DNA from: Promethearchaeota archaeon
GTDB taxonomy: Archaea; Asgardarchaeota; Hermodarchaeia; Hermodarchaeales; Hermodarchaeaceae
DNA length: 63,621 bases
Direction of reading: 5' to 3'
NCBI GenBank assembly: GCA_048939245.1
Contig: JBHLPR010000009.1
Span: forward strand, 1 to 63,621
The notes beneath the pieces are model-generated. The model was not told where the DNA came from and ran no database searches. It saw only the letters and a program-made list of their open reading frames with translations. Below, piece by piece: positions 48,230 through 58,196 of the stretch. Within the stretch, counting starts at the first letter, position 1. Each line of letters starts with the position of its first letter. The translations under genes were made by a program, and so were the position numbers.

Positions 48230-50242
48230 TCATCGATCATGATCTGCCGGACATTGGTCAAGACTCCAGTAGATGACTGGGACATCGGCGACTTTGACAC
48301 CTTGGAGTAGCTTGGGAAACATGACAAGGATTGTTCCAAAGGTTGGACCGCGCACTTTCATGCGGTAAGGAGTGTTTTCACCGTTGCTGACCGCGTGGAA
48401 GCAGAGTTCTCCGCGTCCGCCTTCAATGCAATAGAAAGCGTCGCCAGGTGGGATTTTTAGTCGCCAGGTAATCTTTTTGCCTTCAGGAGTTTTTGTTTCA
48501 CAGACCGGACCTTTGGGCAGCTTGTCCAATGCACGTTCAATGATGTTGAGACTTTCTTCAATTTCCTGTCTACGACAGAGGAATCGATCGTAGGCGTCAC
48601 CGTTTGTTCTGGTGATTACCTTCACTCCGATGTCTTTGTAGGCTTCATAGGGGGTTGCTGTTCTCACGTCAAAATCGATACCAGTTGCTCGGAGATTGGG
48701 ACCGGTGACGTCGTTTTGAATAGCGGTGGTCTGGGAGAGAGGAGCAAGATTTTGTGTGCGATCGATGAAGGTTTTATTATTGAATAGGAGGTCGTCGTAA
48801 ATGTGAAGACGTTTACGGATATAACTGATGAGTTTTTCAGCTTTATCTGGAAAATCGGGTTGAATGTCGCGGCGGACACCACCGATGGTGTTGAATATGT
48901 GGTAGACCCGTGCGCCAGTGAGCTCTTCAAGAAGGAAAAGGACATGGTCGCGGTCACCCCAGATGAGGCGTTCGATGGTATCAAAACCTGAAGCGGCTCC
49001 ACCAAAACCGAGGTTCATTTGGTGACTTTGAATGCGTGAGAGTTCGGCTTGGATTACACGCAAATATTGCCCGCGAATGGGAACCTGGATGCTGGCTAGT
49101 TTCTCTGTTACACCGGTGTAGGCGAGTTCATAGGAGGCTCCATCGAGGACGCAGATTCGGGGGACAAGCATGATGTTTTGTCCCCATGTGCGGTATTCCA
49201 TGAGTTTCTCGAAGCCCCGGTGGAGATAACCGGGGTAGGGAATAGCCTCAACGACGATTTCACCGTCCAGTTTGAGGTCCATATTGAAGTTTCCTGAGGC
49301 GGGATGTTGGGAGCCGAAGACAACATCGAATTCGGCTTTACTGGGATCTGCCCCTTTGAGGGGATAGGGGGGTAACTTCATTTGACCAGCGTCTGTGTTT
49401 GTCATTTCCTCTTTTCCAGTGTATCCACCCTGAATGGCTTGGATAGCATGGACGACGGCTACACCAATTGGTTCGGGACGTGGTGGGCAGCCGGCAATCC
49501 AGATATCAATGGGTATGTATTTGCTGATGTCTTTGATGGTGTTGTAGCTGTCCCAATACGTTCCGCCGGTCATAGGGCAATTACCGAGCGCGATAACCCA
49601 TTTGGGTTGAGGCATAAGGGAGTAGATGCGGATGATTCGTTTCAGGGTCTTCGGGGTTACATAGCCCCCGACTATTAGACAATCTGCATGTCGGGGAGAG
49701 CCCACGGCTAAGAGGCCGAAACGCTCCATGTCGAAGGAGCTAGCAACCCATGGCACCGCTTCAATGAAGCAACAGCCGGTCATGTAGTTTACGATCCAAA
49801 TACTACGAGAGCGTGCCCATGAGACGGTGTTCTTTATTTTCGGAGGCTCTGGGTGTTCTAGTACTGGGGGGATGGCTAGCATTTCTGGTGTATAGTTGAG
49901 GGTTTCGGGTTTCATGGTGAGTAAGATGGGAAAATTCGTGAAAGTGAGCGCGCCTGTTGGACAGTTGTCAACGCATAAGCCACAGAAACAGCATTTCCGA
50001 AAATCAATTTGGGGTTGAAGTCCGGTTTTATTTTCTTCGCTTTTTTCTCGTTCGACCATCTCTATTGCATTGTTGGGACAGACAATCGAGCAGATCTTAC
50101 AGCCTTTACATAAGTCAGATTTGTACAGTTGTCGACCCCGGTATAATTCAGTTAGTGGCATATCGGGGGGAAACGAGAAGGTCATTGGTTTTGATACTGC
50201 GAGTCCTAGAACACTTTTTACAGCTTTAAGAAGGCGCGACAT
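48230..50242 (-). CDS. Fused NuoI-like/NuoB-like/NuoD-like protein (Mbx/MBS-type peripheral arm)
   Basis: Two CxxCxxCxxxCP; TGCCFIE...GNC...GCPPRP; GYLHRGFEKL, RICVLD, C-terminal DQCPADHDR. Confidence 0.88.
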   Translation of the reverse strand: MSRLLKAVKSVLGLAVSKPMTFSFPPDMPLTELYRGRQLYKSDLCKGCKICSIVCPNNAIEMVEREKSEENKTGLQPQIDFRKCCFCGLCVDNCPTGALTFTNFPILLTMKPETLNYTPEMLAIPPVLEHPEPPKIKNTVSWARSRSIWIVNYMTGCCFIEAVPWVASSFDMERFGLLAVGSPRHADCLIVGGYVTPKTLKRIIRIYSLMPQPKWVIALGNCPMTGGTYWDSYNTIKDISKYIPIDIWIAGCPPRPEPIGVAVVHAIQAIQGGYTGKEEMTNTDAGQMKLPPYPLKGADPSKAEFDVVFGSQHPASGNFNMDLKLDGEIVVEAIPYPGYLHRGFEKLMEYRTWGQNIMLVPRICVLDGASYELAYTGVTEKLASIQVPIRGQYLRVIQAELSRIQSHQMNLGFGGAASGFDTIERLIWGDRDHVLFLLEELTGARVYHIFNTIGGVRRDIQPDFPDKAEKLISYIRKRLHIYDDLLFNNKTFIDRTQNLAPLSQTTAIQNDVTGPNLRATGIDFDVRTATPYEAYKDIGVKVITRTNGDAYDRFLCRRQEIEESLNIIERALDKLPKGPVCETKTPEGKKITWRLKIPPGDAFYCIEGGRGELCFHAVSNGENTPYRMKVRGPTFGTILVMFPKLLQGVKVADVPVIYWSLDQCPADHDR

Positions 50243-50245
50243 TTT

Positions 50246-50734
50246 CTATTTACCTCCCACCTGATAGTATTCTTTGTTGACGTAGTCACGCCAGTTGAAG
50301 TCCTTGCGTAATGGTGGTTTTCCCTTCCAATCCTCGAGAAAAAGTGGTTTCAACATCGTATTCCCGACATAGTTGATGCCAAAGAGTTCCCACATCTCGC
50401 GTTCGTGCATTGCTGCGGATTCCCAGATGGTGGAGAGGCTCTTAATTTTGGGTTTGTTTCGGGGGATGCGTGTCGCCACTTTCGCGTATAGATTAGCTGC
50501 AAGGTGGTGAACGACATAATACGCTTCGAATTCTTTCTGTTCTATCCAGTCGACGATGGCTACTGTTAGACAACGAGAAAAGCCCCGTTCGAGGAGATCA
50601 GGAGCAAGATTTGCATACGTTGCTGGATTTGTTGCGATTGATAAGAGGTTGCCATCTATTTCGATGTTGGATATGGCATATTCGGATTTCAAAGCGCTTG
50701 ATAAGGATGCTGGCTCTATTGTTTCTTTTTTCAT
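50246..50734 (-). CDS. NuoC-like subunit
   Basis: SLSTIW..A.MHEREMWELFGI...PPLRKD. Confidence 0.9.
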   Translation of the reverse strand: MKKETIEPASLSSALKSEYAISNIEIDGNLLSIATNPATYANLAPDLLERGFSRCLTVAIVDWIEQKEFEAYYVVHHLAANLYAKVATRIPRNKPKIKSLSTIWESAAMHEREMWELFGINYVGNTMLKPLFLEDWKGKPPLRKDFNWRDYVNKEYYQVGGK

Positions 50735-50747
50735 GGTGCCAGTCTCC

Positions 50748-50812
50748 TTAGGCGTCAGGCGCCTAAAGCTTAGGTTTCCCTAAGTTTTTTCTTAGGTTAT
50801 CTAAATACCTAA
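50748..50812. promoter_or_regulatory. Cluster of TTAGG...CCTAA (DtxR-type) boxes upstream of the nuoC-like gene
   Basis: TTAGGCG-TCAGG-CGCCTAA (50748-50766), CTTAGG-TTTC-CCTAAG (50769-50784), TTAGGT...ACCTAA (50792-50812). Confidence 0.65.
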
Positions 50813-50928
50813 CGCATTTCACCAATTTCACTCGCCTCTTCAATAAACTTCGAGCTTGGGGTTCGAAAAGAAGGATCTGCTTGCTTTAGTCCACTTTGTT
50901 ACAGGCTATTCACCGTGCCAGTGTGCTT

Positions 50929-51498
50929 TCAAGATTTGTTCTCATTGGAGGAGGGCAAAGTTTTTTCATAAAAGCAACTTTTCTTATGGGTTTCTACTAG
51001 CGTATACCCGTAGGATTCGTAGAGAGCTCGTGCAGGTTGATTATCATCCAGAACGTGGAGAGCAATAACATGCAGTCCCTCATCGTGGGTCCATTTTTCG
51101 ATGGTTTCCAAGAGTAGTTTTGCTAGACCTTGTCGGCGGAATTTGGGGAGTATGTGCAGGTTATAGATCCAGGTGAGATGTTCCCTATATCGCCAGAAAG
51201 GAGCACGGTGACAGACCCAGATTAGCCCTGCGGGATGTCCTCCAGGAGTTTCACCAATAAAGACCATGTGATTTGGTGAGGACATATCGATTGGATCGTT
51301 GGCATCAAATTCTTGGTATTTCTGGCGGATTTCATCATCAGACAATGATTCAACGTTTGGTAGAGTCGTCTTGAAAGATTCAATTTGACAATGATCGAAA
51401 AAAGCTTGATCGGAAACTTGATTCCAAGGACGAGTGTGAAAGTGCATCATGATACCTTCTTCGATTTCACTAATAACAGGTGGGTGAATCTTTTCCAC
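50929..51498 (-). CDS. GNAT acetyltransferase
   Basis: PKFRRQGLA, N..ARALYESYGY. Confidence 0.9.
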   Translation of the reverse strand: MEKIHPPVISEIEEGIMMHFHTRPWNQVSDQAFFDHCQIESFKTTLPNVESLSDDEIRQKYQEFDANDPIDMSSPNHMVFIGETPGGHPAGLIWVCHRAPFWRYREHLTWIYNLHILPKFRRQGLAKLLLETIEKWTHDEGLHVIALHVLDDNQPARALYESYGYTLVETHKKSCFYEKTLPSSNENKS

Positions 51499-52068
51499 TT
51501 TTATATCAGGTGTTTCCGGAATGAATGTGTGATAAGCATGGACATGTGGTTGATTATTGGCACCGTTGTCATTATCATTCTGGTAAGCGTTATAGCCTTT
51601 GGTATATCAGCCGTATGGCCCTCGTTGATTGGAGCCCCATGGGTTCCGGTTTCAAAGAAAACAGCACAGAGGATGCTTGAACTAGCTAAAGTGACGCAAG
51701 AGGATACTGTTGTGGATCTAGGATCAGGGGATGGTCGCATCATTATGATGGCAGCTCAAAAATTCGGAGCTAGCGCCGTGGGAATTGAAGCAGATCCATT
51801 TCGTGTTTTATGGTCGCGAGGTGTAATTCGGCGTCGCGGTTTGAATGAAATTGTTGAGGTGATTTGGGGGAATTTCTTCACGAAAAGCGTACCTGATGCC
51901 ACCGTTGTAACTGTTTACCAAGGACAGTCAATTAATAAACGGTTGAAAACCAAGCTTGCTACCGAGTTAACACCTGGGACCCGTGTAGTCTCCTATAGTT
52001 TCCCCTTTGAAGAATGGACACCGGTAGAGATGATAAAAAACCCACGACTCTACCTTTACGTAATATAG
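51385..52068 (+). CDS. Membrane-anchored SAM-dependent methyltransferase (likely start 51538)
   Basis: GAPWVP, VDLGSGDGR, PGTRVVS. Confidence 0.88.
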   Translation: MTMIEKSLIGNLIPRTSVKVHHDTFFDFTNNRWVNLFHFYIRCFRNECVISMDMWLIIGTVVIIILVSVIAFGISAVWPSLIGAPWVPVSKKTAQRMLELAKVTQEDTVVDLGSGDGRIIMMAAQKFGASAVGIEADPFRVLWSRGVIRRRGLNEIVEVIWGNFFTKSVPDATVVTVYQGQSINKRLKTKLATELTPGTRVVSYSFPFEEWTPVEMIKNPRLYLYVI

Positions 52069-52141
52069 AAGAGGTTTCCTTTTAAGAAATCGTTGGGGGT
52101 TGGAGAAGCCGTTGTGATTGAAAAAGAAAAGGTTTCAGTAG

Positions 52142-52348
52142 TTACTTCTTGGTTACCTTTGCAGCCTTCGGACGTCCAGTGCCTTCTTTAAGTTCAAATG
52201 TGACCTGATCACCTGCATTGAGTACAATTCCGCCTTCAACATCGTCACCGTGAACGAAGACATCACTGTCACCATTACCACGTTGGATGAAGCCGTAATT
52301 GCGATCTGCATCAAACCATTTGACAGAGCCGTTTTCCATAGAGATCAC
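52142..52348 (-). CDS. csp: Cold-shock domain protein (likely start 52339)
   Basis: GSVKWF..YGFI, DVFVH. Confidence 0.93.
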   Translation of the reverse strand: MISMENGSVKWFDADRNYGFIQRGNGDSDVFVHGDDVEGGIVLNAGDQVTFELKEGTGRPKAAKVTKK

Positions 52349-52578
52349 CTCGATTCTCTTTTATTGGGTTTAAGTAGCATGATAACTCGAGAAGCTAGAT
52401 TTCATAAAAAACGAAACTAGATTCTGTTTACCTTCCATGCGAAGGTACGAAAATCATTTTTAGTTTTTTCGATTGTGTACAAGAGCTGATTTTCGGTTTT
52501 TGTGTTGTTCGATTTTGTTTGTTCGAGAAAGCTGATATTGGCGAATCCCGCAAGACTCAGGTCATGGGGTTGATCAAT

Positions 52579-52782
52579 TCATTCGATTTTGACCTTGGTG
52601 GCTTTGAGCCCACGGTCGCCTTCTTCGATTTCGAAGGTGACTTTGTCGCCTTCACGGAGGATTTTGAAGCCTTCGACTTCACTGCCATGAACGAAGACGT
52701 CGGTGCCGGTTTCGCGTTCGATGAAGCCGTAGTTACGATCGGGATTAAACCATTTGACTGTACCTTTTTCCATACTGTTCAC
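52579..52782 (-). CDS. csp: Cold-shock domain protein (likely start 52773)
   Basis: [20 protein letters not shown]; close paralog of 2902-3105. Confidence 0.95.
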   Translation of the reverse strand: MNSMEKGTVKWFNPDRNYGFIERETGTDVFVHGSEVEGFKILREGDKVTFEIEEGDRGLKATKVKIE

Positions 52783-52910
52783 CTCGGTTGTTTTCCGTTG
52801 AGTGGCTGTGTTATGCAGCCGTGCTATTCCGTAGAATGATTTCGTGGGAAGAGCTGTTGAGCACGATAAGTAAAATTTCTGTTAAAAAACGAAATTGTCC
52901 TATTTGCTAC
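52783..52910 (-). promoter_or_regulatory. Conserved promoter and structured leader of csp
   Basis: Homologous to 3106-3260. Confidence 0.65.
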
Positions 52911-53010
52911 TGTATGGATGCAACAGAGATACCCTATATAGAGGTTTCTATGTTGCGTGGATTAAGGAGATGCGGTAGCTAAGGTATGTCAAAAAATAGG
53001 AGAGGAGTTC

Positions 53011-53496
53011 TTATATCTTATTTACAAGAGGTCGTAATTTTGTGAATTGAGGATCGGTCTGAATGATGTCGAGTAGCTCGCTGGACAGCGAATGCTTTAG
53101 GGCTTTTTGGAGTTTTTGCGTTGCCGCTTTTGGTTGACCGAGTTCAATGAGGGTTAATGCGTGGTTTAGGTAAATGGTGGGGGAGGCATCATTGAGTTTA
53201 GTGGCTTTGGCATAACATTGCTCAGCTTCTTTCCATTGTCCAAGGGTGATGTGAAGGTACCCGAGATTATTCCAGTGGCGAGGATCATCGGGATCGAGTT
53301 CAGCGATACGTTGAGCAGTTTTGAGAGCATTTTGTGGTTGTTGGTATTGTTGGTAAATCGAGGAGAGAAAATTGAGCATCTCGAGGTTATTTTTATCTTT
53401 TTCAAGGAGTTTCAAAATTTGTTGTTTTGCTCGTTCCGGGTTGCCACCAGCGAGAGCGGCAACTGACCGCTGGAACAGGTCGTTTTCGGCTCCCAA
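53011..53496 (-). CDS. TPR-repeat protein
   Basis: ELDPDDPRHWNNLGY...A..CY.KA TPR pattern. Confidence 0.85.
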   Translation of the reverse strand: MGAENDLFQRSVAALAGGNPERAKQQILKLLEKDKNNLEMLNFLSSIYQQYQQPQNALKTAQRIAELDPDDPRHWNNLGYLHITLGQWKEAEQCYAKATKLNDASPTIYLNHALTLIELGQPKAATQKLQKALKHSLSSELLDIIQTDPQFTKLRPLVNKI

Positions 53497-53698
53497 GCCA
53501 TCACCTAACCCATAGATTATATCGTACGTGAATTTTAAGCGCTCTTACTTGGTGAATTTCACCGATTATTCGTTGGTGATTTCGCAAGGAGTGGAGATTT
53601 GAATCGCCTTTTTTCCAGACTTTTAGAAATCTTTCACATTCTAATTTATTATAAGCCTGAATTTTCAAGGGAGGGAATAATGTTGACAAATAGAGTGA

Positions 53699-54562
53699 TT
53701 GAAAATGGTCCTTCGCAGTATTGCCCATAATGACCCACAACTTGAACAATATAAAGAAAAGATTCAATGGTATACAAAACCGGTTGAAGCCCTTGGCTTC
53801 ACATACCAATTGTATCTCAATGAAGACCAACCAGTAGGGATTGCTTCAATCGGCCAAGAACCCATGCAACTATTCAAACCGATTGGAACTCCATTAATAC
53901 GATTGATTGTGATCGATTACGCTCAGTCTGAGGAGATCTTAAACGCGTTAGCTGACGAAGTGTTACACCTTGCGAAGTCACGAGATGTTGATTTTGCTTA
54001 CCTAGATATCCTTGCTAAACAAGAAAGGCTCGGTGAACATCTCAAGCAAATCGGATTTCAAGAATTAGCTAACCGCTATGAAATGATTCGACCGCTAAAC
54101 GATTCTGTGAAGGCTTCAGACCAGCTTCGATATGAACAGATTAGACGAGAGGATGTAAAGCAATTCTTTGTGTATATGAAAGAATTCATGAGTGGTTCTC
54201 CAGATGTTGTCTTAAACATGGTTATAGAGAACATGAAGGATGTTCCGGAGGAGATACTGGATTATTGGTATCAATCGGATCAGGCATACTTTGTGTATCA
54301 TGAGAAAGAGCTGATTGGAATTCTCGATCTGGTGCCACCTGCTGGATTTATTCAAAATATTGGAGTCGCTCCAGCACATCGGAGGAAAGGTTTCGCGACG
54401 GAGATGCTCCGGTTTTGTTTGCAGTTATTAAAAGATGCAGGAAATGAGAAAGCGAAATTAGGGGTTCATGTGGATAATAAAGGAGCAATTCGGCTCTACG
54501 AGAGCTTGGGATTCAAAGTGGATGAGCAGGTTCAGACTTTCATCTGGTGGAATACTAGCTAA
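53699..54562 (+). CDS. Tandem GNAT acetyltransferase
   Basis: GVAPAHRRKGFA, N.GAIRLYESLGF. Confidence 0.88.
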   Translation: MKMVLRSIAHNDPQLEQYKEKIQWYTKPVEALGFTYQLYLNEDQPVGIASIGQEPMQLFKPIGTPLIRLIVIDYAQSEEILNALADEVLHLAKSRDVDFAYLDILAKQERLGEHLKQIGFQELANRYEMIRPLNDSVKASDQLRYEQIRREDVKQFFVYMKEFMSGSPDVVLNMVIENMKDVPEEILDYWYQSDQAYFVYHEKELIGILDLVPPAGFIQNIGVAPAHRRKGFATEMLRFCLQLLKDAGNEKAKLGVHVDNKGAIRLYESLGFKVDEQVQTFIWWNTS

Positions 54563-54800
54563 CTTCACTTGTTAGAGTCCAAAGGGAAGTAGATTGATGA
54601 GTAGGTGCAAGAAACAGGAGTTGCCTAAGTAAAGGATCATGATGAGGACGGCGCTTAGAGGTTTCCACCAGTGGACGAAGGAATAGGCGTGGACCGATTA
54701 GAAGCGGGAGTGGTATAAGCAGAATGATGGCACAAAGTATAACAAAGAAAAGATGGACGAGGAGGGCGTCGTGCTCGCTAGACTCTAAAAAAAATGTCAT
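54555..54800 (-). pseudogene. Possible truncated membrane-protein fragment
   Basis: Hydrophobic N-terminal 40 aa followed by a nondescript tail. Confidence 0.3.
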
Positions 54801-54941
54801 AAAGCATGTCTAACGCTTTTCCCTGCTAATATGCCTTTAAGAGAAGCAGGCACTGAAACTTACTTTTCTAGCGGTCTCCGTCTTCTTTTAACCTGCCTTT
54901 GATTTTTCAGTTGAGTTAGAGTTTTAGGATTAGTCTATGCG

Positions 54942-56042
54942 ATGTCTCGCTGGATCATGCATGTGGATATGGACGCCTTCTATGCGTCGGTGGAACAGTA
55001 TCGACTCCACCCTGAATACGTTGGACTACCTTTGTGTGTAGGACCCGATCCCAAGAAAGGACAACGACGCGGGGTTGTTCGAGTTGCGTCCTATGAAGCG
55101 CGGGCTTTTGGAATTCATGCAGGCATGTCAGTAGTGAAGGCATACAGTTTGTGTCCTGATGCAGTCTTTGTGTTTGGTTCGTTTTCCAATTATGTGGAAG
55201 CCTCTGAAGAAGTGATGGAGGTTCTCCAAAGATTTGCTGATGAGAGACGGATTCGGAAGGCTAGTATTGATGAAGCATATCTTGAAATCACGAACCGCGT
55301 TAAACAGTATTCGGGTCCTAGAGCGCTGGCAATGGAAATCCAGCAGGCTGTTCGAGAAGAAACCCAGTTACCCTGCTCAATTGGAATCGCACCTAATATG
55401 GCAGTAGCCAAAATTGCTACCGAACAGAATAAACCGCTGGGAATTACTCTTGTGCCTCAAGATCCTGCCTCTGTTGCAGAATTTTTAGCTCCCTTAGACG
55501 TGACCGCCATTAATGGAATTGGTCGTGTAACAGGGAATCGCTTAAAAAAACATGGCATTAACACCTTGGGCCAAATTCAACAAATGTCGCTCCAAGCGTT
55601 ATTTGCAGTGTTTGGAAAAGGAGCTAAATGGTTGTCTGACCGGGCCTGGGGCATCGATAATCGGGGAATTGTGCGCACGGGTCCATGGCGACGAAAATCG
55701 ATGGGTAATGAACGAACTTTCCCCCAGGACGTGGATGCAAAGTCATTAGAGGTGGCACAAGAAACCTTGAATAGTTTATCGAGTAAGATCAGTAAGCGGC
55801 TCCAGTCGAAGTCTTATCATTTCCGTACAGTAACGGTGAAAATCCGGTACCAAGATTATACGACGATTCAGCGAAGTCGTACTTTACCATTAAGCACCAA
55901 TGATGCAAAGATTTTGTCGAAGACAGTGAGTGCCTTGTTTGAGGAGCATCGGAAGCCGGATAGAGCCTTACGGTTGGTTGGTGTGCGGGTTACGAATTTG
56001 ACACGGATGAATGGCCAAGCCACTCTGTCCGACTATGTTTAG
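54942..56042 (+). CDS. dinB: DNA polymerase IV (Y family)
   Basis: HVDMDAFYASVE, SYEARAFG, SIDEAY, KPLG, little-finger TVTVKIRY. Confidence 0.95.
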   Translation: MSRWIMHVDMDAFYASVEQYRLHPEYVGLPLCVGPDPKKGQRRGVVRVASYEARAFGIHAGMSVVKAYSLCPDAVFVFGSFSNYVEASEEVMEVLQRFADERRIRKASIDEAYLEITNRVKQYSGPRALAMEIQQAVREETQLPCSIGIAPNMAVAKIATEQNKPLGITLVPQDPASVAEFLAPLDVTAINGIGRVTGNRLKKHGINTLGQIQQMSLQALFAVFGKGAKWLSDRAWGIDNRGIVRTGPWRRKSMGNERTFPQDVDAKSLEVAQETLNSLSSKISKRLQSKSYHFRTVTVKIRYQDYTTIQRSRTLPLSTNDAKILSKTVSALFEEHRKPDRALRLVGVRVTNLTRMNGQATLSDYV

Positions 56043-56088
56043 CTTGGAATCAAAAGATTCATTCGGGTATCTATTCTAACAGTACGCT

Positions 56089-56385
56089 GTGGTGTTTGAA
56101 GTGTACTTCAAAGGATTATCCACCCTTTTAGACGAACCTGGTGAAACGTTTCCCCGACGCTCGGAATTGAAGATTCTTCGAGGAAAAACATTGACGAAGA
56201 CCCCAACGTGGCATAAAGCGATCATCTTGGTCCAGTTGTCAAAAGGGCGGCAGTTGCGATTGGTGGGCTGGCAATTGAATAAAGAGGGAGAGTGGCGACT
56301 GCGCCAAAAATTCAACATATCAAGAGGTTATGCTTTAAACATCTCAGAAGTCTGTGAAGCTTATGCGAATGAGTGGGAAGACTAG
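56089..56385 (+). CDS. Hypothetical protein, possibly PC4/Whirly-like nucleic-acid binding
   Basis: Basic beta-rich pattern RLVGWQ...GEWRLRQKFNI followed by a helix. Confidence 0.6.
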   Translation: MVFEVYFKGLSTLLDEPGETFPRRSELKILRGKTLTKTPTWHKAIILVQLSKGRQLRLVGWQLNKEGEWRLRQKFNISRGYALNISEVCEAYANEWED

Positions 56386-56415
56386 TTCTGAAACTAATTA
56401 TAGTATTGGAGGGTT

Positions 56416-56802
56416 TTGATGCGATTTCGTATTCCCCAATGGCTTACCCTGGAAGAAGTGGTCTTTGAAAACCCCGGTGATGAAGTAACTGGGCTTGTAA
56501 TTGGGAAATTGTTTCGGACAGCACGCTTTGGTGAAATCCCGGTATTTTTGCTCTATGATGACGAAAATGAACGGATAATTGTCATTCAAGCTTGGGCAAA
56601 GATGCTTAAAGATTATTTACAAGGCGGTTCAGGTCGAACTGGCGTCCGGCTGGGTGAAAAAATCACAATTACCTATTATGGTCGACGGGCGAAGAAGAAG
56701 CCACCTGGAACATTCTACCATGTATTTCGTCGGACTCGAAGTCACTACATTTCGAAACAATACACCTATCCGGAGAAACAAAAACGAACAAAAAAGACCT
56801 GA
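56416..56802 (+). CDS. Basic hypothetical protein, possible OB-fold
   Basis: PGDEVTG...GEKITITYYG...YHVF pattern; GGAGG SD. Confidence 0.6.
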   Translation: MMRFRIPQWLTLEEVVFENPGDEVTGLVIGKLFRTARFGEIPVFLLYDDENERIIVIQAWAKMLKDYLQGGSGRTGVRLGEKITITYYGRRAKKKPPGTFYHVFRRTRSHYISKQYTYPEKQKRTKKT

Positions 56803-56834
56803 GTTGCAAGAGGTCATGAAGTAGGTGATTAGAC

Positions 56835-57668
56835 ATGGTTATGGTAATAAAATGGGATGGTCGCTCTGAAGATTTCGATCCAATGAAAATTGTGCGTACG
56901 CTTACACGTATGGGGGCTCCTCAAGCGGTTGCAGAAGAAATTGCTGAGGATTTAGAAGATCGCGTTGAAGAGGGGATGACCACTAAGGAGATCTATGATA
57001 TGGCTGTAACCGAGCTTGAGACTCATAGTGAAGTCGTAGAGTTTCGCCGGGATCTACGGGACGGGCTAGCACGAATTGGGGGTGGATTTATTTTTGAAGA
57101 TTATATACGCCTACTCCTTGGAGAGTACGGCTACAAGGTTTCGGGTAATGTGGTTATTCAGGGTGCATGTGTTGATCATGAAGTTGACAGCATCGCCGAA
57201 CGGGATGGTGAAGTAATTTACGTGGAGATGAAGCATCATAGTGTGTTAGAACGGTACACCCCTTTTGAAGTCACGTTAGCGGCGAAGGCGAAATGGGATG
57301 ACCTGCAAGCTGGTTGTGAGCAGGGGTTGAACGATTGCCCTTTTGATCGGGTGTTGATTGTGACTAATACTCGGTTGACACAACATGCGCGTCATTATGC
57401 AGAGTGTGTAGGGATTGAGCATTTTGGGTGGAATACGCCACGAGGTCGGGGAATTGATTGGTTTATTGAAAATAAGAAACTGTATCCTGTGACAATTCTG
57501 CGGACAGTAACTGATGAGGAAAGGGATGAGTTGTATAAAAACCGAATCCTGACATTAAACCAGTTAATGAAAACAGACCCGAAATCTGTGGGGCTTTCAG
57601 AAACTCGAGTGAAGGAGTTAATTGCTGAAACGCAGCGAGTGTTTTCGTGTTGTCAGGCTGACGCTTAA
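56835..57668 (+). CDS. ATP-cone plus restriction-endonuclease-like (PD-(D/E)XK) protein
   Basis: VIKWDG.SEDFD..KI ATP-cone; FE...EVD...VEMK, VTNTRLT. Confidence 0.85.
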   Translation: MVMVIKWDGRSEDFDPMKIVRTLTRMGAPQAVAEEIAEDLEDRVEEGMTTKEIYDMAVTELETHSEVVEFRRDLRDGLARIGGGFIFEDYIRLLLGEYGYKVSGNVVIQGACVDHEVDSIAERDGEVIYVEMKHHSVLERYTPFEVTLAAKAKWDDLQAGCEQGLNDCPFDRVLIVTNTRLTQHARHYAECVGIEHFGWNTPRGRGIDWFIENKKLYPVTILRTVTDEERDELYKNRILTLNQLMKTDPKSVGLSETRVKELIAETQRVFSCCQADA

Positions 57669-57748
57669 TTTCACGTAATTTAAAAGCAACACGAAAGTCT
57701 TTTGATGGAGTTTAACAGGATTAGGCGATAATCACAGTTCCTTGAACG

Positions 57749-58135
57749 GTGGAAACTATCATGGATAACATGGATATCGGAAAGCTCCTAACGCGAATCG
57801 GTGCAATTCTCATCATTATTGCAGGATTTGTACAAATCGGTGAATATGCATTCTATAATGTGCTTGATCTGCTGAACTATGGTCAGCTTTACATCTACCC
57901 GATGGCGACGCTAATTGCTGGCGTCGTTGCTGTCATTTTTGGCTTCTTGGTCCTGTTCTTTTATCTTCGCATGGTTGATCAGAATCGGATTAATGCGGCC
58001 ATTCTCATTCTCATCTTCAGTATCATTGGAGCCGTGTTTGCCTTTGAATGGGGAATCATAGGTGGCCCTGGGGCTGTTCTCTGTTTAGTGGGAGCTATTC
58101 TATTCTTTATCGAACCTGAAACAGGAGGAGCATAA
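57749..58135 (+). CDS. Four-TM membrane protein
   Basis: Four hydrophobic helices. Confidence 0.7.
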   Translation: METIMDNMDIGKLLTRIGAILIIIAGFVQIGEYAFYNVLDLLNYGQLYIYPMATLIAGVVAVIFGFLVLFFYLRMVDQNRINAAILILIFSIIGAVFAFEWGIIGGPGAVLCLVGAILFFIEPETGGA

Positions 58136-58196
58136 GCTCCTTCCTCCAATTTTTTATAGTCCGAAAGAAGTTCCAATTAGTTGAGGCTAATCGCTC

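Noticed and set aside
48230-50242. Functional [NiFe]-hydrogenase
   Set aside because: Both large-subunit CxxC motifs are CxxD, and no maturation genes are nearby.
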